Source of the DNA: Negativicutes bacterium
Lineage (GTDB): Bacteria; Bacillota; Negativicutes; UBA1444
Reading direction: 5' to 3'
Assembly: GCA_963665275.2 (NCBI GenBank)
Contig: CAXXIN010000016.1
Coordinates: 256,001-320,000 of the forward strand
DNA length: 64,000 bases
How positions within the stretch are numbered: the first letter of the stretch is position 1; every line of letters starts with the position of its first letter. This document shows, one piece after another, positions 1 to 7,156 of the stretch. The position numbers and the translations under genes were made by a program. The notes under the pieces were generated by a model, which saw nothing but the letters and a program-made list of their open reading frames with translations, did not search any database and was not told the origin of the DNA.

Positions 1-4
1 TACT

Positions 5-238
5 GTGGAACGAACACATGGGATACAGTTCGAAATACGTTCAAAAGAGCAAGGACACAATGTTCCTCATTGCCATGCTTGTTATGGGAATCAGAACGTC
101 TCCATATCGCTTCTCGATTTTTCAATATTAGCAGGAAATATTCCGTCGCAGAAGGCAAAATTTGCAGCGCGTTGGGTAAGAGATAACATTGATATCCTAA
201 AACCATACTGGAACAAATATCACGCATTGGAAGTATAG
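5..238 (+). CDS. DUF4160-family protein (HicA/DhiT-like small protein), probably 5'-truncated by the window edge
   Basis: Motif EQGHNVPHCHACYG...GNIP...WV...W is typical of DUF4160; frame is open back to position 2. Confidence 0.75.
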   Translation: MERTHGIQFEIRSKEQGHNVPHCHACYGNQNVSISLLDFSILAGNIPSQKAKFAARWVRDNIDILKPYWNKYHALEV

Positions 239-424
239 ATACGAAGTGTTTTCCTCAAACCAGAACTAAAACTGAAATAAGAGGAGACTGCTTAACCCAA
301 CTTTTGGAATTAATATTCTGAGTGTGCAGGAGTCTAGCCGTTAAAGCATAATATAAGCTATGAAGTAATATTTTGTGAAGCATTAAAGCTGTTAATGTAA
401 ATTTATGTAAGATAAGGAGTTTGC

Positions 425-2591
425 ATGAGCCAAAAGACACGACTGTTGATTCTAATCCTCTACATGGGTATTTTGTTGGCAGCGAACTCCATTGCATTTC
501 ACCAGATATTGCCGATCAATGGAGCCAAGGGATTATGGTTTTACTCTGGATTCGCAAGCCTGCTGTTGGGAAACTTGCTTGTAACTCCATATTTCACCAA
601 ACCTGTAGACGCGATATCATATGCGGTCGTTGCCATGATTGCTCTTTATTCCGTGAATGATTGGGACAAATGGATTTGGGTAGATCAGTTTGTATTCAGT
701 GCCGTGATGCTATTCTCTCTTGCAGTTGCCGTCATTGGATTTATTACTATACTTACAAAAGACAACGAAACACATAGAGGCCGGGAGTGGTCAAATACTT
801 TCCGGATTATATCTGATTTTATTGGCAATGAAACGGTTGTTTTTAGCAGCATAATACTTTTTGCGTTGATCGTTTTTCATCGACAATCAGCTTTGGAAAT
901 GTTTGTTATAACTATGGCTTGGGTAATAACAGTTATAATAAAACCAGACCGACATTTTGGAGAATTGTTTGATCGATTAAAAAAAATATGGCAAGATACA
1001 TTTTCTTCTGACATTATTGGAGATGTTGCGGCATACCAAACCCCAAACATTGCTCTAGTTCGGCAACGCAGCAATAATTCAGTGCAGTTTGGAGAAGCGG
1101 TAATTTTTCGCGATCCACATGCACCAACAAAGGTCGGAGTAGCACTAGACTATGTTGGACGTGATGAATCGTTATTGCTACGCACTATGGTATTCGACGT
1201 TCCCGATTCCTGTAGCGAAACGGTTTCGGTTGCATGCAAATTAATCCCGGAAAATACCATGGGACGTTGTGCTCAACTGCTTTCAAATTCTACAGTTAGA
1301 GAATCGATACCAATCTTTAACCAATTACAGGATTTTGTTGGAATTGTTACAACGGAAACGTCGATTGATACCCTTTATTTTGAAGTAGTAAAAGAGGCAA
1401 ATCTCGAAGAGGGTAAGTTAGTTCAAGTTTCTATTAAGGGGAGAACCGGTACTCTATCAGGTTATTGAAGGGTTTACCAAAGAAGAGGTCGTTTTCCAGA
1501 AAAACACATTTGGTTTTGCTCGTGCCAAAGCGCAAAAAATCGGTGCATGGGATGAACGCGAAAAGAAATTCAATCCAGCTAAATGGATTCCAAGTATTAA
1601 TGCGCCGGTTTTTTTGAGAAGCATGGAAACGCGTGAAATCGATATTGCAGCAATAGGACATTTCCCTGGATCAAGTTACAATGTCCGAATCAAGAGTGTT
1701 AGCCATTTGGTTACGCACAACACCGCAATTTTAGGAATTTTAGGCGTCGGAAAATCTATGTTATCCATCGAGCTGGTGGAAAGAATGATTGCCGAGGATG
1801 TTAAGGTAATTTGTTTAGATCTAACCAATCAATATGCACAAGAACTAGTTGATTTCTATGACGCAACAGGTGAAGAAGAGAAGGAAAGAAACCTTGACAC
1901 CATAGGAATGGCAGGGGAGCGTGCAGTTAATCAAAACGTAGAAAACGGAGGTAGCATAAAACAATTTGCTGCTGCAATCGAATTAGATCTTAGGGAATTT
2001 ATCCTGGAATCTCCCAACACGTTGAAAATATATAATCCTGCTAGGTTCACTGTGTGGCGTCAAAGTGGCGGACTTTACCAAGGAAATGCGGCTATGGCGA
2101 GCCTGACTCCCACAGAAATCACCAAGATAGTATCTGAAGCGGCTTTGAAAATTGCTCAAGACTTGGGAATGACAGATAGAGCACGGATATGCTTAGTGTA
2201 TGAAGAGGCACATTCTTTAGTGCCCGAATGGAATTCTGTTGCAGCCGATGGTGATCGTGCAGCTACGAATGGTACTGCCAGAGCCATATTGCAAGGACGC
2301 AAATATGGGCTTGGTTGTTTATTAATAACACAACGAACTGCTAACGTAACGAAAACAATTTTAAATCAATGCAATACGATATTTGCTATGCGTACCTTTG
2401 ATGAAACTGGGAAGGATTTTTTGGCTAATTATATTGGGAACAATTACTCCAGCGTTTTGTCTTCTTTACAAGAGCGACACGCTGTGTTTTTTGGAAAAGC
2501 ATCAAGTTGTGATAATCCAGTTCTTATAAGGCTCAATGACAGAGGCGATTTTATAAGAGTTTTTCGGAAATCCAAGTCTCCTAACTATTAA
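425..2591 (+). pseudogene. Membrane-anchored HerA/DUF87 ATPase (about 721 aa if repaired), frameshifted near 1438-1441
   Basis: ORF 425-1468 has about 6 hydrophobic segments plus a beta-rich region. The downstream frame is stop-free from 1422 to 2591 and has Walker A GILGVGKS, Walker B LVYEEAH, QGRKYG and TQR. Removing one G from the GGGG run gives continuous ...VSIKGEPVLYQVIEG... Confidence 0.8.
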
Positions 2592-2740
2592 CATAATTGA
2601 ATAACCAGATTAAGAATATTGGTTGGATAATTTGAAAGTGAAGACGTTTGGAGTGCAAAGGGAACATAATTTACTATGAGCACTCTTGATTGTTCAAGAT
2701 TATCAAATAAATCTCTTAAATCATTTTAAGGATGTGAACT

Positions 2741-3817
2741 ATGGATAAGCAATCATCCATAATCGGGCTCTCAATTGTTTTGAACCGTGGTTTGAAAACA
2801 GAGCAAGAAACTGCATGTTTTGAAAATGTAACTCATGATATTTTGGTTGAAGGAATAAAGGAATATCTTTTACTTCATGCTAATTTGTTAGGAGACATGC
2901 ATATCGAAACATCTCAGGCATTGAATGATCATGGCGTGGATTTGATCTTAACGTCAAATCAAGTATGTAAAATTGGCATTCAAGTAAAAAGTCACTTTGA
3001 CGTTTCTGAAAAAGATTTTGCTACAAAAGTTAAACGTCAATATGCAGAATCTTTGGCACATGGTTTGGATAAATGGTATTTATTGATCTGTGCTCCTATG
3101 AAATCTGGGAAAAATGATTTTTCCGGAAAAATTAATCATCTTATAAATGAATTGAGCATGTTTAAAACCAAATATCACTGCGTTTTTGGCCCCCAATATA
3201 CTGCTGAAATTTACAAGAATTTTCAACCTATGAGCATAGATGAATTTAATTATTCATTACAAAAATACTCTTATGCGCAAACTGATATTGAAGCAATAAA
3301 AGAACTTATAAAAAATAATTTAAATTCAAGCCCAAAGGAGAATAGGGATAATTTTTCTTATAACGTAGATCCCTACAAGGCCATTGCACCTCAAAGTTGT
3401 AATGGAATTAATAAGGTTTTAGATTGGGGAAATTCAGAAGAAGAACTTAAGTGTGCAAAAAAGGATTTTATTGTATTATTAAATGTTTTGCAAAAAATTC
3501 CATTAAATACAAGGAAGTTCCTATCAATGGCGATAGAAAAGGCTGTTTTAAAGGGTGATAATCTGCATGCTTTAATATTTGAAATTCGTAATTCATGCAA
3601 TATTAGCGAAAAAGAATTTAGCGATCATGCGAAGTTACTTGAAAAATATCGGCTTATGGAACTAGATGGTGATGATTATGACTACATATTCATAAACAAT
3701 GGATCAATTAGGTGGCCCATTATGAAGGATTTAATAGTTTTTGCGGAAAGACAACATATTCCGATTGATCAAATAATTGTATGTTTAAATTTTGGTTTTC
3801 TAGACAAAATACAATAG
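2741..3817 (+). CDS. Putative PD-(D/E)XK (Mrr-like) nuclease-domain protein with a helical/wHTH-like C-terminus
   Basis: N-terminal motif NDHGVDLIL...IGIQVKS (D...QxK); AT-rich; C-terminal IFEIRNSCNISEKEFSDHAKLLEKY resembles an HTH. Confidence 0.55.
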   Translation: MDKQSSIIGLSIVLNRGLKTEQETACFENVTHDILVEGIKEYLLLHANLLGDMHIETSQALNDHGVDLILTSNQVCKIGIQVKSHFDVSEKDFATKVKRQYAESLAHGLDKWYLLICAPMKSGKNDFSGKINHLINELSMFKTKYHCVFGPQYTAEIYKNFQPMSIDEFNYSLQKYSYAQTDIEAIKELIKNNLNSSPKENRDNFSYNVDPYKAIAPQSCNGINKVLDWGNSEEELKCAKKDFIVLLNVLQKIPLNTRKFLSMAIEKAVLKGDNLHALIFEIRNSCNISEKEFSDHAKLLEKYRLMELDGDDYDYIFINNGSIRWPIMKDLIVFAERQHIPIDQIIVCLNFGFLDKIQ

Positions 3818-4004
3818 CCCCAGTGGGGTCGCATCATGTTATCAAACTTCTCAGTGTCCATTCGACTGTCAATGCTAGTCAACTTCATAGAAGGTTGCCG
3901 AAAAGCCCCAAAATTAAGCTTATAATCTGTTTGCGGTCTATGAATCCGATGATTTGAAAATGAGCAATTTTTGAACTGTCTGGGTGTTTATCTGGGTATA
4001 GACA

Positions 4005-4039
4005 GAAAAAAGGCTTCCGACGAAATCGTCGGAAGCCTT
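4005..4039 (-). terminator. Intrinsic terminator downstream of tRNA-Val
   Basis: aaggcttccgacg-aaat-cgtcggaagcctt perfect stem followed by a T-run on the minus strand. Confidence 0.85.
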
Positions 4040-4048
4040 GATTTACCT

Positions 4049-4123
4049 TGGTGGGGCATACTGGTTTCGAACCAGTGACCTCTTGAATGTGAGTCAAGCG
4101 CTCTCCCCCTGAGCTAATGCCCC
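4049..4123 (-). tRNA. tRNA-Val (anticodon CAC)
   Basis: Reverse complement GGGGCATTAGCTCAGGGGGAGAGCGCTTGACTCACATTCAAGAGGTCACTGGTTCGAAACCAGTATGCCCCACCA: 7-bp acceptor stem, CTTGA/TCAAG anticodon stem with CAC, GTTCGAA T-loop, encoded CCA. Confidence 0.97.
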
Positions 4124-4141
4124 AAGCTCTAGTGCTCTTAC

Positions 4142-4170
4142 ATTATACCTGCACTGGAAGCAGAATTCAA
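4142..4170 (-). promoter_or_regulatory. SigmaA promoter of tRNA-Val
   Basis: TTGAAT-17 nt-TATAAT on the minus strand. Confidence 0.8.
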
Positions 4171-4213
4171 CCTGTAGCGCAAGAACTGTAAAAACTAATA
4201 TTTTGGGGATGAA

Positions 4214-4666
4214 TTAGTCGTTGCCTAAAAACGCCACAGGCTGAGCTAATTTTTGCAATAGGGTAGGCGCCAGCTTCAACGTTCGATACCGCTGGCCGGA
4301 GCCGCCATAGACGAAAGGGTGCTGCAAGAGCCTTTTATCAAAGATTCCGGGGAGGGCCAGCCCAACCATCGGGATGTCTCCGGGCGCAAATCCTGTAATG
4401 CTTTGAACCTTATCTTTATCCACCAATTTTACCTTTGACACGCCCAAAATAGTTGCCAGCGCTACCCAGTCTATGCGTTGACGGTCGCCTGAAAAGACAA
4501 GTGAAAAATAATTGTTATCGGCGTTAATAATCAAAGTGGGGGCTGTTTGTCCCGCTTCGATTCCCAAACATCTGACTCCATCCGCTACTGAAATGATCTG
4601 CTGGTCATGATAGATGAATTCATATTCGGTCGTTGAACGATCTAGGAAGCTTTTAATCGCGTCCAT
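4214..4666 (-). CDS. YbaK/ProX-family aminoacyl-tRNA deacylase
   Basis: MDAIKSF...QTAPTLI...TGFAPGDIPMVG...VYGGSG; true start is the ATG at 4666, right after the ggt stop. Confidence 0.85.
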   Translation of the reverse strand: MDAIKSFLDRSTTEYEFIYHDQQIISVADGVRCLGIEAGQTAPTLIINADNNYFSLVFSGDRQRIDWVALATILGVSKVKLVDKDKVQSITGFAPGDIPMVGLALPGIFDKRLLQHPFVYGGSGQRYRTLKLAPTLLQKLAQPVAFLGND

Positions 4667-4667
4667 G

Positions 4668-6275
4668 CTACCAGGCCGCCACAGCGCCGTCGGTGCGGGG
4701 CTCGGTACCTCCTGCGAGTACTCCGTTCTTATCACGCCAAATGATCTGACCCCGTCCCATGGACAAATTGCCAACGGAGCGCTGAATGTTGTGTCCTTTG
4801 CGTTCCAAGGCTTCTGCGATGAATTCGGGGAACAGGTGCTCCACCTCGACGGTTTTGTCTTTTGTCCACTGCCAGCGGGGCGCATCGAGGGAGGCTTGCG
4901 GGTTGAGGGCGAAGTCCACGGTGTTCATGACCATCTGCAGATGCCCCTGCGGTTGGACGAAGGCGCCCATGACGCCGAAAGGCCCGACGGCTTGGCCGTC
5001 CTTCGACAGGAATCCGGGAATGATCGTGTGATAGGGCTTCTTGCCGGGAGCGAGCACGTTGGCATGGGCCGGGTCCAGTGAAAAATTGCAGCCACGATTG
5101 TGCAGGGCAATGCCGGTGCCGGGAACGACGAGACCGGAGCCGAAGCCCATATAGTTGCTCTGAATGTAGGAAACCATATTTCCTTCACCATCAGCCGTTG
5201 CCAGGTAGACCGTGCCGCCTTTGGACGGCGAACCGGCGATCGGTGAGAGCGCCTGAGCGCCGATGAGTTTGCGGCGTTCGGCGGCGTAAGCGTCGGAGAG
5301 CAGGTCTTCCACGCTGGCCTTCATCTGCCGCGCATCAGTGATATATTTCATGCCGTCGGCAAACGCCAGCTTGATGGCTTCGATTTGCCTGTGGTAGGTT
5401 TCGACGCTTTCCTTGGTTTCGAACTCCATCCCCTTCAGGATGTTCAGGGCGAGGAGTGTGACCAGGCCATGACCGTTGGGCGGGATCTCCCAGACATCAT
5501 AGCCGCGATAATTCACCCGGATCGGCTCGACCCATTCGGGCTTGTAGGCTGCCAGGTCTGAGGCGCGGAGCCAGCCGCCATGCTCTTTAGCAAATGCGTC
5601 GATTTTTTCTGCGAGGTCGCCTTGGTAAAAATCTTGAGCGTTGCTGGCTGCGATCATTCGCAAGGTTGAAGCGTGGTTAGGAGAGCGCCACAATTCTCCG
5701 GCAACAGGCGCATGCCCATCGGGTGCAAAAGTATCGAACCAATGATGAAATTCCGGGCCGGTGGCGGCGCTGAAACGTTTGAACCCCAGCTGCCATTGTC
5801 TGCTGATGACCGGCGATACCGGATAACCGGTCTCGGCGTATTCGATGGCCGGGGCCAGAACCTCCGCGAGGGTCAGCTTGCCGAAGCGGGATACGAGTTC
5901 AGCCCAAGCGGCTGGAGTGCCGGGAACGGTGACAGGCAGCCAGCCGTTGGTTGGCAGTTGTTCTTTGCATCCGTGGCTGAGAGCGGTATCGAGCGTGAGA
6001 GCCATTGGGGCCGGGCCACTGGAATTCAGGCCGTAGAGGCGGTCTTTCATCCAGACGAGAGCGAACGCATCGCCGCCAATCCCGTTAGAAGTGGGCTCGA
6101 CGACGGTGAGGCAGGCGGCGGTGGCTACAGCTGCATCGACGGCGTTGCCTCCCTGTCGCAGGATGGATAGGCCCGCTTGTGCGGCTAGAGACTGCGACGT
6201 CGCAACCATGCCGTTTTTTGCATAGACCGTGCTGCGGCGCGACGGGTAAGGGTTGTATAAAGCATCATAATTCAT
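4668..6275 (-). CDS. ggt: Gamma-glutamyltransferase family (YwrD-like, cytoplasmic)
   Basis: GGNAVDAA, EPTSNGIGGD, catalytic Thr in GGTVYLATAD, PYHTIIPG; RBS AAGGAGG before ATG at 6275. Confidence 0.92.
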   Translation of the reverse strand: MNYDALYNPYPSRRSTVYAKNGMVATSQSLAAQAGLSILRQGGNAVDAAVATAACLTVVEPTSNGIGGDAFALVWMKDRLYGLNSSGPAPMALTLDTALSHGCKEQLPTNGWLPVTVPGTPAAWAELVSRFGKLTLAEVLAPAIEYAETGYPVSPVISRQWQLGFKRFSAATGPEFHHWFDTFAPDGHAPVAGELWRSPNHASTLRMIAASNAQDFYQGDLAEKIDAFAKEHGGWLRASDLAAYKPEWVEPIRVNYRGYDVWEIPPNGHGLVTLLALNILKGMEFETKESVETYHRQIEAIKLAFADGMKYITDARQMKASVEDLLSDAYAAERRKLIGAQALSPIAGSPSKGGTVYLATADGEGNMVSYIQSNYMGFGSGLVVPGTGIALHNRGCNFSLDPAHANVLAPGKKPYHTIIPGFLSKDGQAVGPFGVMGAFVQPQGHLQMVMNTVDFALNPQASLDAPRWQWTKDKTVEVEHLFPEFIAEALERKGHNIQRSVGNLSMGRGQIIWRDKNGVLAGGTEPRTDGAVAAW

Positions 6276-6415
6276 GGGGAACCCCTCCTTGCTTTTCACT
6301 CAATACAGTAACATTAGAAGGGGCTTTTTTCAATATGACTTGATTTATTGCACCTCAATGTGTAATCTTGATATATCGTAGCATCGGAGCAAACAAAGGA
6401 GTTGTAGTTGTTACC

Positions 6416-6772
6416 ATGAAAGAAACTTGGAAGTATGTCGGGGTAGGACTCGGCATCGGAGTGCTCAGCGGGTTGCTCGGGGTTGGCGGCGGGATCTTTT
6501 TGGTTCCCATCCTGACCTCTTATTTTGCGGTTGACCAGCATCTGGCGCATGGAACGTCGCTGGCCGTCGTTGTTCCCACAGCCATCATGGGAGCGACTGT
6601 TTATAGCTATCATGGGACGATGGATGTGCCGCTGGCGGCGCAATTGGCGGTCGGGGGCGTGATCGGGGCAGCAATCGGCGCCCGGGTGATGAAGAAAATT
6701 CCGGCGGCGCAGCTCAAGCGGATGTTCGGGGTCATGCTGATCCTGGTGGGCATAAGGATGGTGCTGGCATGA
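6416..6772 (+). CDS. TauE/SafE (TSUP) family half-size membrane protein
   Basis: GVLSGLLGVGGG..LVP, DQHLAHGTSL motifs; only one repeat (about 118 aa). Confidence 0.88.
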   Translation: MKETWKYVGVGLGIGVLSGLLGVGGGIFLVPILTSYFAVDQHLAHGTSLAVVVPTAIMGATVYSYHGTMDVPLAAQLAVGGVIGAAIGARVMKKIPAAQLKRMFGVMLILVGIRMVLA

Positions 6773-7134
6773 ACGAGATGCTGATGATTCTGGCAATGGG
6801 TCTTTCCACGGGGGTTCTTAGCGGGGTGCTGGGCGTGGGCGGCGGAGTTGTCCTGGTTCCCATGATGGTGTTTTTGCTGGGAACCGAGCAGCATCTGGCC
6901 CAGGGGGTTTCGATGTTGTTCATCATTCCGACTGCATTATCCGGTCTCTATCATTTGGTCAAATGCAAACTGGTGGATTTCCGAGTGGCAATATTTATCG
7001 CCGCCGGAGCGCTGGTCGGCACTTTGATCAGCGCCAATTTTGTCCAATACATTGCAGCTGCCGATCTGAAAAAAATGTTCGGCGCTTTCGTCATTTATTC
7101 GGGTATTCGGATGGTTATGCCCAAGAAAAAATAG
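6769..7134 (+). CDS. TauE/SafE (TSUP) family half-size membrane protein
   Basis: GVLSGVLGVGGGVVLVP, EQHLAQGVS; ATGA overlap with the previous gene. Confidence 0.88.
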   Translation: MNEMLMILAMGLSTGVLSGVLGVGGGVVLVPMMVFLLGTEQHLAQGVSMLFIIPTALSGLYHLVKCKLVDFRVAIFIAAGALVGTLISANFVQYIAAADLKKMFGAFVIYSGIRMVMPKKK

Positions 7135-7156
7135 CAGGATCGGAAGGAGAAAATGA

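Larger units (their letters stand above)
1..4048. mobile_element. Right end of an AT-rich genomic island integrated at the 3' end of tRNA-Val
   Basis: Abrupt AT-rich to GC-rich switch near 4.2 kb; island abuts the tRNA CCA end; defence-like cargo; no integrase in the window. Confidence 0.7.

Noticed and set aside
1466-1468. TGA at the end of ORF 425-1468 as a possible selenocysteine/readthrough codon
   Set aside because: The ATPase continues in a different frame, so a frameshift rather than readthrough explains it.
3885-4097. 70-aa ORF overlapping the tRNA
   Set aside because: It is the tRNA-Val and its terminator read as protein.
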